Assembly: GCA_030167145.1 (NCBI GenBank) | Contig: CP126532.1 | Span: 2,820,001 to 2,852,000, forward strand | Length of the DNA stretch: 32,000 bases | Direction of reading: 5' to 3' | From: Ktedonobacterales bacterium | GTDB lineage: Bacteria; Chloroflexota; Ktedonobacteria; Ktedonobacterales; JADMIN01 | Shown here: in pieces, positions 12,651 to 21,015 of the stretch | How positions within the stretch are numbered: position 1 is the stretch's first letter | How the letters are laid out: every line of letters begins with the position of its first letter | Translations under genes and position numbers: made by a program | Notes under the pieces: model-generated | What the model was told of the DNA's origin: nothing | Databases searched by the model: none | The model's input: only the letters and a program-made list of their open reading frames with translations

Positions 12651-13564
12651 CCGGTGGGGTCTCCGTCCCATGTGACTGGGGTGGCATCGGTCATAGGTCG
12701 CCGCGCGCCTGCGTAGGCAGCGGCGAGGGCTGGCAGGTAGAGATGGTCTGATGGGTCGAGGGAGCTGATGATGACCTGGCGCTGCGGCCTGCCCTTGGCG
12801 TGGATGTAGCGGGAGGTGTCGAGCATGATGGCGACGTGAGTGATGCTGCCCTCGTGCGCGAAGAAGATCAGGTCGCCGGATTGGAGTTCGCCGCGCCCGA
12901 CCTGATAGGGGATGGCGTCGTATTGTTGGTTGGCGTCGCGGGGGATGTGTGCGCCTGCCGCGCGCCAGCAGAGTTGGGAGAAGCCGGAGCAGTCTATGCC
13001 TTCGATGGTCGTGCCGCCCCAGAGATAGGGGATGCCAAGGAACTGTTGGGCGAGGACGAGTACGGCGGGGGGGCCGATGCGCGGATAGGGGGCTTCGGCG
13101 GGGCGGAGGGCGGCGGTGGTGGTGTCGAGCCAGCCGGTGCGGGTGCCGGGGAGGGCGACCTGGATGCGCGCTGCGCTCTGCTCGCGGACGGGGAGGGCGG
13201 TGGTGATGTAGGCGGGGGCGATGGTTTCGTCGCCGTCGGCGGTGGCGAAGATGGGGGCGCGCGGGGCGAGGACGACGGCAAGTTGCTCGGCAGAGGGCGT
13301 AGGTGGGGTGGCGAGGGCGATGTGGCGTACCCAGCCGGTGTAGTCGGGGGTCTGGATGCGCGCCCAGTCGGCGGAGCGCTCTAGCACGGTGGCGGGGGTG
13401 TTGAGCAGCGCCTGGGTGACGAGTTCGCTGTCGCTGGCGGGGGCGCTGCGGAGGTCGGCGACGCCGACGGCGATGGCGAGTGTCTCAGCGGGGGTGGGCG
13501 TGTCGGGGTCCACGGGAGTGCTCCTTTGCCGCGCGGTGGTGAGTGATGCGGGATATGTGGGCAT
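12647..13564 (-). CDS. NlpC/P60-family peptidoglycan endopeptidase with SH3b-like N-terminal domains
   Basis: Internal ATG (rc of 13562-13564) gives 305 aa. Catalytic signature is GIPYLWGGTTIEGIDCSGFSQLCW ... GDLIFFAHEGSITHVAIML. SH3b-like segments include VADLRSAPASDSELVTQALLNTPATVLERSADWARIQTPDYTGWV. The track ORF extension to 13861 is translated repeats. Confidence 0.85.
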   Translation of the reverse strand: MPTYPASLTTARQRSTPVDPDTPTPAETLAIAVGVADLRSAPASDSELVTQALLNTPATVLERSADWARIQTPDYTGWVRHIALATPPTPSAEQLAVVLAPRAPIFATADGDETIAPAYITTALPVREQSAARIQVALPGTRTGWLDTTTAALRPAEAPYPRIGPPAVLVLAQQFLGIPYLWGGTTIEGIDCSGFSQLCWRAAGAHIPRDANQQYDAIPYQVGRGELQSGDLIFFAHEGSITHVAIMLDTSRYIHAKGRPQRQVIISSLDPSDHLYLPALAAAYAGARRPMTDATPVTWDGDPTG

Positions 13565-13568
13565 AGTG

Positions 13569-13577
13569 AGTATAGCA
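13569..13577 (-). promoter_or_regulatory. extended -10 element TGCTATACT, 4 nt from the NlpC/P60 ATG (possible leaderless mRNA)
   Basis: rc of agtatagca. No SD lies between it and the ATG and there is no convincing -35. Spacing would put the TSS at or next to the A of the ATG. Confidence 0.3.
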
Positions 13578-13606
13578 TGAGGGGTGCGGTGGCGGACGCG
13601 AAGAGA

Positions 13607-13682
13607 CCTAACCCCCGGCCCCTTCCCTACGAGGGAAGGGGAGAGCGGAGCGGTGCGTGCGGTCCCTACGAGGGAAGGGGAG
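13607..13682 (+). repeat. Rep-B full copy plus half copy (39-bp internal duplication)
   Basis: cctaacccccggccccttccctacgagggaaggggag at 13607-13643, and gtccctacgagggaaggggag at 13662-13682. The gcggtgcgtg tail is duplicated at 13650 and 13689. The preceding gcgaagaga is shared with the 8635 copy. Confidence 0.85.
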
Positions 13683-13701
13683 ATCTGGGCGGTGCGTGGG
13701 C

Positions 13702-13760
13702 GGGCAGACAGGAATGTCCGCCCCACCACCAGAGGCAGACAGGAATGGCCGCCCCACCAC
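13702..13760 (-). repeat. Rep-C x2 (one intact, one degenerate)
   Basis: gggcagacaggaatgtccgccccaccacc (13702-13730; palindrome arms 13702-13723) and aggcagacaggaatggccgccccaccac (13733-13760). GTGG heads on the minus strand. Confidence 0.85.
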
Positions 13761-13861
13761 GGGAAGGGGAAAGCAGTCGCGAAGTCAGCCCTCGCGGGCT
13801 GGAGGTCGTGCGGGTGTCCGCAGCGATGAGTAAGAGTGCGTGATTTGCTGGCCGCAAGCAA

Positions 13862-14521
13862 TTAGCCGAGGCCGGCTTCGCGGCCACGGATGATGGCGTG
13901 GGCGCGGTCGGCGACCTGGAGCTTGCTGAAGATATTGGAGACGTGATTGCGGACGGTTTTGGGGCTGAGCACCAGGCGATTGGCAATCTCGGTATTGCTG
14001 GCGCCTTGGGCGATGAGGTCGAGGATCTCGCGCTCGCGGTCGCTGAGTTCGGGGAAGGTTTGCGCGGGGACGGGTGGGGTGGGCATGGAGAAGAAGGTGA
14101 GGAGTTTGGAGGCGATGGCGGGGCTGAAGATGGCTTCGCCTCTGCCCACGGCGCGGGTGGCGCGCAGCATTTCATCGGCGCTTGCGCCTTTGACGATATA
14201 CCCACGCGCGCCAGCACGCATGGCAGTGAAGACGGAATGATCGTCTTCGAACATGGTGACGACGAGCACGCGGATATGGGGGCTGGCGAAGAGGATTTGT
14301 CGCGTGGCCTCGACGCCGCCGATGCCGGGCATCTGAAGGTCCATGAGGACGACATCTGGCTGGGCGTCCGCAGCCAGGGCGATGGCTTCGTCGCCGGAGG
14401 CGGCTTCGCCGGCGACCTCTATGCCGGAAGCTGAGGTGAGCAGCGCGCGCATGCCGTTGCGGAAGATGGGGTGGTCGTCGGCGATGAGGACGCGCAGGGT
14501 GTCTTCGGGCGGGGTGTCCAC
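13862..14521 (-). CDS. NarL/FixJ-family response regulator (REC + LuxR-type HTH)
   Basis: GTG start (rc of 14519-14521) with AAGGAG 7 nt upstream, 4 nt after the kinase stop. Gives VDTPPEDTLRVLIADDHPIFRNG...VVLMDLQMPG (receiver) and LSDREREILDLIAQGASNTEIANRLVLSPKTVRNHVSNIFSKL (HTH). The longest ORF (to 14605) would overlap the kinase by 80 nt. Confidence 0.9.
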   Translation of the reverse strand: MDTPPEDTLRVLIADDHPIFRNGMRALLTSASGIEVAGEAASGDEAIALAADAQPDVVLMDLQMPGIGGVEATRQILFASPHIRVLVVTMFEDDHSVFTAMRAGARGYIVKGASADEMLRATRAVGRGEAIFSPAIASKLLTFFSMPTPPVPAQTFPELSDREREILDLIAQGASNTEIANRLVLSPKTVRNHVSNIFSKLQVADRAHAIIRGREAGLG

Positions 14522-14525
14522 TGGT

Positions 14526-16808
14526 TCACTCCTTTGCCAAGGGTAGCGCGACCAAAATGCGAGAGCCGTGGCCTGGGCTAGCCGCGACGGCGCATGTTCC
14601 GCCAAGTTCTTCGGCGCGCTCGCGCATTGAGACGAGGCCGACGCCGATCTGCCGCTCTGGCGCGATGCCTACGCCATCATCGGCGATCTCTACATGGAGG
14701 GCGGTATCGAGCGCCAGGGTGATGTGGCAGGTGTGCGCGTGGGCGTGGCGGACGATGTTGTTGAGCGCCTCGCAGGTTATACGATATGCGGCGACCTCGA
14801 CGGCGGCGGGCAGCGGGGGAAGGTTGGGCGGCGCATCTATGGTTACGCGCAGGCCTGGCTGGGAGTTGGCGTCATCGGTTGCCGCCGTGGCGTGGGGTTG
14901 ATATTGGACGGCGTGCGCGCGTACTGCAGCCACCAGACCCAGTTCATCGAGGGCGGGCGGACGCAGGGCATAGACCAGGCGGCGGATGTCGGCGATGGCT
15001 TCGGCGATCTCCGCGCCAAGCTCGGCGAGCAGGTGGTCGGCGGTTGTGGGGTCGTGGGTGAGCAGATTGCGGATGGCGCCAACTTTGAGGGTCATGCCGG
15101 CCAGGGTGGGGCCGATGCTGTCGTGCAGGTCGCGGCGGATGCGGCGGCGCTCTTCTTCGCGGGCGGTGACGAGGCGAGCGCGGGAACGTTGCAGGTCGGC
15201 GGTGAGGCGGGTGGCATGCACGGCGATGCCGGTCTGATGGGCGATGTCTTTGAGCAGGCGCTTGTCGGCTTCGGTAAAGGGTTCGTCGGGCGCGCGGGGT
15301 GAGACATGCAGCTCGCCGAGCAGTTCGCTCTGATAGACGAGCGGGAAGGTGATGTGCGCGGCGATGGGTACGCCGTATTGGGCGGCGGGGGTGAGGTGCT
15401 GGCCGTCTTTGATGGCGATGGCGACTGAGGGGAGTTTGAGGGCGTGGGCGACGGTTTCGACGATGGTGGGCAGGACGGTATCGGGGGCAAGGGTGGTTTC
15501 GAGGCGCTGACTCAGGCGGGATAGGACGGCGTAGGGGTCGTCGCGCTGGCCGAACATGAGGCGGTCAATGCCGCGCTGGAGCCAGAGGCGCAGCGGCTGG
15601 AAGAGGACGGCGATGATGCCGGTGGCGACAAGGGAGACGAGCAGATTACTGGAGGTGTGAAACAGCGCGCCGAGCGCGCTGACGATGAGCACGTAGGCGG
15701 CGATGACGATGGCGGTGAGCGCGCCGTAGACGAGGGTGCGATTGAGGATGGTGTCAATGTCGAAGAGCTGGTGGCGCAACACGGCGATGGCGATGGCGAT
15801 GGGAAAGGGCAGGACGAGCAGCCCCAGGGCATTGGCGCTGATGAGGGGGTGGCTCAGCACCGCGCCGGGGAGATTCCACAGCAACAAGCCGGAGATGATG
15901 CTGACGAGGCCGCCAAAGATCATCCAGCGGATCTTTTTGCGCGTGTCGGGGTCGCGGTTGCTGCGGTAGTTCCAGATGAGCGCGGCGGTGATGGCCAGGA
16001 CGAGGAAGGTGACCAGGACGTTCTCGCCGAGAGTCAAGCGGCCAAGCCAGTCCAGCGTGCTGGGTGTCTGCTGGCGTGTGGCGACGATGTAGATCAGGTC
16101 GAGCAGGAAGGGTGTGGCATAGAGCGCCCAGATCAGGCGAGGACGCCGCGCGAGGACGGCATGGGGCCTGGGGAAGATGAGTGCGAAGTGGAGGGCGGCG
16201 ATGTAGAACAGCAGGTAGCATATGGAGGTGGTGGCTTTGTAGAGCCAGAAGCCCACGCCGCCAACGAGGTCGCTTACTTGCAGGCCGAACGTCCAGGTGG
16301 TGGCGGCGAGGATGCCCGACGCGCAGAGCAGCAGCACGAGCGGCGCTTGCTCGCCTGGACGGCGCAGCACGATGTAGAGGGCGATGAACGCGAAGACCAG
16401 CGCGTAGAGGATGGTGCTCCAGCCTTCTTGCCAGATGGCGTCCATGGGGTAGGGTCTGAGGGTGATGGGCAGATCCATAGTGACGCCGTCGCGCACGACG
16501 GTATAGGTGATGGTGTGCCCGGCTTGCCATTGCGGGCGGCTGACGGAGGGGTCAAGCAGCGACTGCGCCCAGGATTCCATGCTCGTGCCGTCAACGGCGA
16601 CGACGAGATCGCCGGAGCGGAGGCCATCGGGTTGCTGGCGCAGGAGCGTGATGAGAACGCCGTCGGACCGCCAGACGTTCTGGCCGGGGGCGAGCCGGGC
16701 GCCATCGGAGGGTGTGGCGAGGTGCAGCCAGACGAAGGCGACACCGAGCGCGACCATGGCGGCGGCGGTGAGCAGGATGGCGAGCCGGGCGTGCGGCGGT
16801 TGACGCAT
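14526..16808 (-). CDS. sensor histidine kinase: TM anchor, PDZ-like domain, polytopic region, GAF, HisKA_3, HATPase_c
   Basis: H-box is RRIRRDLHDSIGPTLAG, ATPase region is NNIVRHAHA...DDGVGI...GVGLVSMRERAEELGG. N-terminal GLRSGDLVVAVDGTSM is PDZ-like, followed by about 8-9 hydrophobic helices. Preferred ATG is 16808, with GGGAGG 6 nt upstream; the ORF maximum is 16889. Confidence 0.9.
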   Translation of the reverse strand: MRQPPHARLAILLTAAAMVALGVAFVWLHLATPSDGARLAPGQNVWRSDGVLITLLRQQPDGLRSGDLVVAVDGTSMESWAQSLLDPSVSRPQWQAGHTITYTVVRDGVTMDLPITLRPYPMDAIWQEGWSTILYALVFAFIALYIVLRRPGEQAPLVLLLCASGILAATTWTFGLQVSDLVGGVGFWLYKATTSICYLLFYIAALHFALIFPRPHAVLARRPRLIWALYATPFLLDLIYIVATRQQTPSTLDWLGRLTLGENVLVTFLVLAITAALIWNYRSNRDPDTRKKIRWMIFGGLVSIISGLLLWNLPGAVLSHPLISANALGLLVLPFPIAIAIAVLRHQLFDIDTILNRTLVYGALTAIVIAAYVLIVSALGALFHTSSNLLVSLVATGIIAVLFQPLRLWLQRGIDRLMFGQRDDPYAVLSRLSQRLETTLAPDTVLPTIVETVAHALKLPSVAIAIKDGQHLTPAAQYGVPIAAHITFPLVYQSELLGELHVSPRAPDEPFTEADKRLLKDIAHQTGIAVHATRLTADLQRSRARLVTAREEERRRIRRDLHDSIGPTLAGMTLKVGAIRNLLTHDPTTADHLLAELGAEIAEAIADIRRLVYALRPPALDELGLVAAVRAHAVQYQPHATAATDDANSQPGLRVTIDAPPNLPPLPAAVEVAAYRITCEALNNIVRHAHAHTCHITLALDTALHVEIADDGVGIAPERQIGVGLVSMRERAEELGGTCAVAASPGHGSRILVALPLAKE

Positions 16809-16939
16809 GGGCATCCTCCCACGGCGCCCCGGCGAGCAATGGAGAGGCGGTGGATGGTGGATGGCGGATGACGTGTCGCGTGGCCTCATTATAGCCCCGC
16901 GACATCATGGGTCGTATTGTGCAGGGGATGTGGGCGGAA

Positions 16940-17584
16940 TCAGAGCAGCAAGATGATGCCGATGACGAAGGGCATCAGGTGGTGCATGATGGGTAACGAG
17001 TCGCGTGTGATGGCGAGGAGGGTGAGACCCGCCAGGCTGTAGATGAGGGTGGCCCAGCCCAGCCAGTGAGGTAGGAGATTGGTGGCGAGGATGGCCGCGC
17101 CGAAGGACATCACCCCGGCGAAGGCGAGGATGGTGAAGATGACGAACATGGCCCCGTTCCACTTGCTGAGCGCGGTGTAGACATCAGGGATGGCACCCTT
17201 CGCAAGCATCTCTTTGCCTGCCCAGGGGTCAATGGTGAGGCGGGCGGCCAGAACGATGACCCAGAGCGCAGTGCCGAGCGCGAAAGCGAGCAGGCCTGCT
17301 TGTGAGAAGCCGGGGTCGCCAGCGTCGCGTAGGAGGCCCGCGAGCAGGGCAAGCCCAAACAGGGTGGTCAGTATTATGCAGATGAAGGAGATGGTGGCCC
17401 AGCGCCACGGGCGCGGATGCTGGTGGACGAGCCGCAGCCATTCATGGGGTGGCTGCCCGAAGATAACCGGGCCGTGCGTGTCTTTGACACGCATGTACAG
17501 GGAGATGCCGGGAGCGAAGATGATGCTCAGGGCGAGGATACTGCCCGTTACCTGAGTAGGTGTCCAGATGATATTGCCGTTCAT
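16940..17584 (-). CDS. hypothetical integral membrane protein (about 6 TM)
   Basis: 214-aa ORF with hydrophobic helices throughout, visibly lower GC than its flanks. No family recognised. Confidence 0.7.
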   Translation of the reverse strand: MNGNIIWTPTQVTGSILALSIIFAPGISLYMRVKDTHGPVIFGQPPHEWLRLVHQHPRPWRWATISFICIILTTLFGLALLAGLLRDAGDPGFSQAGLLAFALGTALWVIVLAARLTIDPWAGKEMLAKGAIPDVYTALSKWNGAMFVIFTILAFAGVMSFGAAILATNLLPHWLGWATLIYSLAGLTLLAITRDSLPIMHHLMPFVIGIILLL

Positions 17585-17651
17585 GGCGCGCCTCCGTTCA
17601 TAGTGTGACGCACGTGGGTTTGCGGCATTGGTGGCCGCTGGATTGGTGGGT

Positions 17652-18131
17652 TTACAAGCCGAAGCGCATCAGAATCATGCAGGTGAAGATGGCGACGAAG
17701 CCGGTGATCTCGACGAGCGTCATGACCTTCAACTGCTTCACGATAGCCCCATACGCTTCGGGTGATTTGGCGTTACCGAGCGCCTCGGCGCGGGGTTTGA
17801 GCACCAGGAGGCCCCAGAGAATCACGCCGATGGCGAGTAGGAGCGCGATGAGCCAGGTGACGCCATAGGCTGTGCCAAACACGGCATCAAGTGAGCGCAA
17901 CGGGCCAAAGACGGTGCCGCGCAGGAAACCGAGCGCGACGACGGTGAGACCAACGGGCACGAGCACCTGGCTTGTGCGCGGGCCAATCAATCCGCCGATC
18001 TTTTGTTGCTCCTTGAGCGGGAGACGATTGAGCGTTGGAATGAGGATGGCATCTACATACAGGCTGGAGCCGAACCAGAATATGCCCAGGAAGACGTGAA
18101 GCCACTGGACGACGATGGTCAACGTCATCAT
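17652..18131 (-). CDS. small 4-TM protein, CopD/HemJ-superfamily-like
   Basis: ATG ATG (rc of 18126-18131) with AAGGAGG 5 nt upstream; 159 aa. TM1 motif VVQWLHVFLGIFWFGSSLY resembles the W-x-H...W-x-G helix of CopD/HemJ/PuuD-type membrane domains. This is recalled, not searched. Confidence 0.65.
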   Translation of the reverse strand: MMTLTIVVQWLHVFLGIFWFGSSLYVDAILIPTLNRLPLKEQQKIGGLIGPRTSQVLVPVGLTVVALGFLRGTVFGPLRSLDAVFGTAYGVTWLIALLLAIGVILWGLLVLKPRAEALGNAKSPEAYGAIVKQLKVMTLVEITGFVAIFTCMILMRFGL

Positions 18132-18165
18132 GGGGGCCTCCTTTCTGAACTGTGACGGCTGTGGA

Positions 18166-18582
18166 TTACGGTGATGGGGCTGTCGCATCCAGGGGGGCGG
18201 GCTTGCGGGCGGCGAAGTATGCGCGGGAGCGGAGGGCCAGGAAGGCGGAGAGCGAGAAGATGGCCAAGCCGTTGACGACGTGCAGCGCCGCCAGGGCGGG
18301 CAAGCCACTCTCCCGCAAGGCGATGAACACCGATTGCAGAGTGACCAGAACCGGCAAGAGCGCCGTCAGGCCGATCCGTCCCCAGGGAAGGCGAGCGGCG
18401 AAGGCCAGCAGCAGGCCAAGCAGCATGACAAAGAAGAGGGTGTAGCCGAAGGTAGCGTGTGTCTGGAAGTTGCTGGGGCCAGCGAAGACGCCCAGGCCAG
18501 CCAGGAAGAACTGCACGATGACTGCTGCCAGGATCAGCCAGGCGTAGACGGCGTAAATCCGGCGCATGGTGTGCGTGAACAT
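18166..18582 (-). CDS. small 4-TM protein, DUF6220-like
   Basis: 138-aa ORF with AAGGAG 8 nt upstream of the ATG. The start AWLILAAVIVQFFLAGLGVF...THATFG recalls DUF6220. Confidence 0.65.
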   Translation of the reverse strand: MFTHTMRRIYAVYAWLILAAVIVQFFLAGLGVFAGPSNFQTHATFGYTLFFVMLLGLLLAFAARLPWGRIGLTALLPVLVTLQSVFIALRESGLPALAALHVVNGLAIFSLSAFLALRSRAYFAARKPAPLDATAPSP

Positions 18583-18786
18583 GGTGTTGCTCCTTTGGTG
18601 GGTTGCTGCGATGATGTGTAACGACGGGACGACGGGACGCTATGGATGTGCGGCTAGCGATGCGCTGGCGCCACAGCCGCAGTGGCGAGGAGACGGCGGC
18701 CAAGCCAGATGAGCCAGACCGGTATGCCGATGCACGATGAACGTCACGCGACTAACCGGCCTCACCTATGGAAAGGGCGCTCTGCC

Positions 18787-19614
18787 TTACTGCACGATAA
18801 TGGTCAGCACCATGCCGGGATGGATTGTGCAGTATATGTGATAGGCGCCTGGCGTTGTGAAGGGGCCAACGGTCGCAGTATTGTTGTTGAGCTGTACGTT
18901 GTTGATGATCGGCGCGCCAGGCTCCACGCCGGGCACGGGTTTGTTGTCGGCGCTCCAGGTACCGTTGGTGAGGGTGTGCGGGACCGGCGCGTCGTCTACG
19001 ATGGTGAGGGTATCGCCCTGGTGGAGGGCGATGATGTCGGGGGCGAAACGCGTGGCCGTTAAGTGAACCGTCTGCGTGCCCTTCTGGATGGTGGGCGCAC
19101 CGCTGGCGCTCGGTGATTGCGCCAGCACGCCGATCAGGAGCGCACCCAGCATGAGTCCGACGGTCGCGCTGAGTGCGGGCCGCATCCATCTGGGCGCGTG
19201 CGGCGACTCATGCTGCAACGTCTGGGCCAGCTTCAGCCCAGCGGCGACGATGACCATGATGAGCACAGGATACTCGATCACGAACAGAACGAATGCGACA
19301 TAGTTGGCGCTCGGATGGGTGAGGGAATATTCTGGAAAACCAGAGGCGAAATCCGAAACGATGCCGAGCGAACAGAGCGCCAATGGCAAGACCATAGACC
19401 AGCGCCAGCCGGTGGCCACGACTATCGCAGAGATTGCATAAGCGATCATGGCGATCAGGACGGGCGGAATGATGGTTTGCTCGATTAGCAATACCACGGC
19501 GTTGCTGATGACGACGACCACTAAACCGGCTAGCATCACCACATCGAGGGCCGAGCGGCCACCAATACGTACATCCGCCTTCGCTGCTGTGGGGGAAACC
19601 TTTTTCTCTGACAT
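18787..19614 (-). CDS. membrane-anchored cupredoxin (5 TM + C-terminal type-1 copper domain)
   Basis: The C-terminal ~100 aa carry the blue-copper ligand set: His (VPHTL) and the amicyanin-like loop YCTIHPGM (C-x2-H-x2-M). N-terminal 5 hydrophobic helices. Preferred ATG is 19614, with GAGGAG 8 nt upstream; the ORF maximum is a GTG at 19623. Confidence 0.8.
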   Translation of the reverse strand: MSEKKVSPTAAKADVRIGGRSALDVVMLAGLVVVVISNAVVLLIEQTIIPPVLIAMIAYAISAIVVATGWRWSMVLPLALCSLGIVSDFASGFPEYSLTHPSANYVAFVLFVIEYPVLIMVIVAAGLKLAQTLQHESPHAPRWMRPALSATVGLMLGALLIGVLAQSPSASGAPTIQKGTQTVHLTATRFAPDIIALHQGDTLTIVDDAPVPHTLTNGTWSADNKPVPGVEPGAPIINNVQLNNNTATVGPFTTPGAYHIYCTIHPGMVLTIIVQ

Positions 19615-19652
19615 GAACATCACTCCTCATCTTTCTCATGGCCCACCCGCGT

Positions 19653-20654
19653 CTACACCGTCAGCAGCACCATGCCGCGCACTGCCGGGAGAGCGAGTGG
19701 GAGTTGGCGCCACGTGTCGCCGTAGTCGTCGCTGTGCCAGACCTGGCCATTGCTCAGGCCGGCATAGACCCCACCGGACACGGCGGGGTCGGCTAGCAGG
19801 GCATAGGGCATGGCGTTGAGTGGCTGTGGCAGTCCGCCTGCGAGCTTCTGCCAATCGGAGCCGCCGGTGGCGCGGAAGATGGCGGCCTGGGCGTTGGCTG
19901 CGCTGTGCGCTTTCATTGGGCCGGGCGCAAGGGAGGCGTACCAGACTTCGGGGCGCTCGCAGTCGGCAGCTACTGCCCAGCCGTAGTGGCGGTCGAGTCC
20001 GGCGCGCGGTTGTGCCCATGTACTGCCAGCGTCACGGCTGACGGAGACGCCTGCGCCGGTGCCGCCGCCTTCGTAGACCCAGCCACGATGGGATGGGTGG
20101 GAGAGCAGCGAGTGGCAGTCGCGCAGCGCGCCGCGCCGGTGGCCGCTCCAGGTTTTGCCGGCGTCGTCGCTGCGGACGACCGCGCCGAATTCGATGCCGG
20201 CGATGATGATGTTGGGGTCGTCGGGGGCGAGGGCGAGGGCCTGCACATAGGCGGTGAAGGGTTTTTCGGCGGGTGAGAACCAGAGCCAGCGCGAGCGAAT
20301 GCGGCGGAATGCGGTGAGTTCTTGCCAGGTTTTGCCGCTATCGTGCGAGGAGAAGAGCGCTGCGGGTTTTGTTCCGGCGTAGATGGTTCCGGGCGCGGCA
20401 CGGCTGACGGCAAGTGATTTCACGCTGTGGCCGGGCAGCCCGGAGGTGCGCCAGGTCTGGCCGCTGTCGTCGGAGCGCAGCACACCAGCGCCCTGCGTGC
20501 CAGCGTAGACGATGTGCGGCTGGATGGGGTCGGCGGCGAGGCAACGGAGATCCTGATCGGCAAGGGTGGTGGTGACGGACCATGCGCCATCGTGCTGTCG
20601 CGTAGCGCGGACGATGCTTTGGCCGGTGGAGGCGATGAGGATGAGCGTACTCAT
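19653..20654 (-). CDS. BNR/Asp-box repeat beta-propeller protein
   Basis: Five S-x-D-x-G-x-T-W Asp-boxes: SDDSGQTW, SHDSGKTW, SDDAGKTW, SRDAGSTW, SDDYGDTW. Start ATG is rc of 20652-20654 (MSTLILIAS). No obvious signal peptide. Confidence 0.85.
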   Translation of the reverse strand: MSTLILIASTGQSIVRATRQHDGAWSVTTTLADQDLRCLAADPIQPHIVYAGTQGAGVLRSDDSGQTWRTSGLPGHSVKSLAVSRAAPGTIYAGTKPAALFSSHDSGKTWQELTAFRRIRSRWLWFSPAEKPFTAYVQALALAPDDPNIIIAGIEFGAVVRSDDAGKTWSGHRRGALRDCHSLLSHPSHRGWVYEGGGTGAGVSVSRDAGSTWAQPRAGLDRHYGWAVAADCERPEVWYASLAPGPMKAHSAANAQAAIFRATGGSDWQKLAGGLPQPLNAMPYALLADPAVSGGVYAGLSNGQVWHSDDYGDTWRQLPLALPAVRGMVLLTV

Positions 20655-21015
20655 GTGGATGCTCCGTTGGTACGGTGTGCCGGGATGGGGATGACGCGGG
20701 ATCGTCGCATGCCGCAAGCGTACACGGTGGCCTGGCCCGTTGTCATGGGTCTGGTGTCCCAGAGGATGTCCTGAAGATGGTGGGACAGCGCGCGTGTTTG
20801 GCGCATGTGGGCGGAAAGCGCGGTGATGTGCGTTCGGTATGGCGCGAATGCTGGCCCGAAATCTGTTGTGCGGGGAGGCGTTGACGCTCGCGTATGCCTA
20901 TGTGGTACTGTGCCAGATGTACGGCGATTCGGGATGTGGCGCGGCATGTGGGAGGGATTGGGGATGTCGGACGCTGCGCCTGCTATGAGGCTGCTCGCCC
21001 GCGAAGGAGACGAGT

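Noticed and set aside
13565-13861. N-terminal extension of the NlpC/P60 ORF (track ORF 12647-13861).
   Set aside because: The extension is a read-through of Rep-B/Rep-C hairpins and starts 1 nt from the upstream gene's stop. The internal ATG at 13564 precedes the first SH3b-like segment.
14522-14605. Longer response-regulator start at 14605.
   Set aside because: It would overlap the kinase by 80 nt. GTG 14521 has AAGGAG at ideal spacing and gives a canonical receiver N-terminus.
17437-17458. Reverse-orientation Rep-A copy (gcagccattcatggggtggctg; minus strand ccccatgaatggctgcggctc).
   Set aside because: Only a 13-nt core match exists. The flanks differ from the consensus, and it lies in a lower-GC gene where it encodes PHEWLRL within a plausible loop. 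Chance similarity cannot be excluded.
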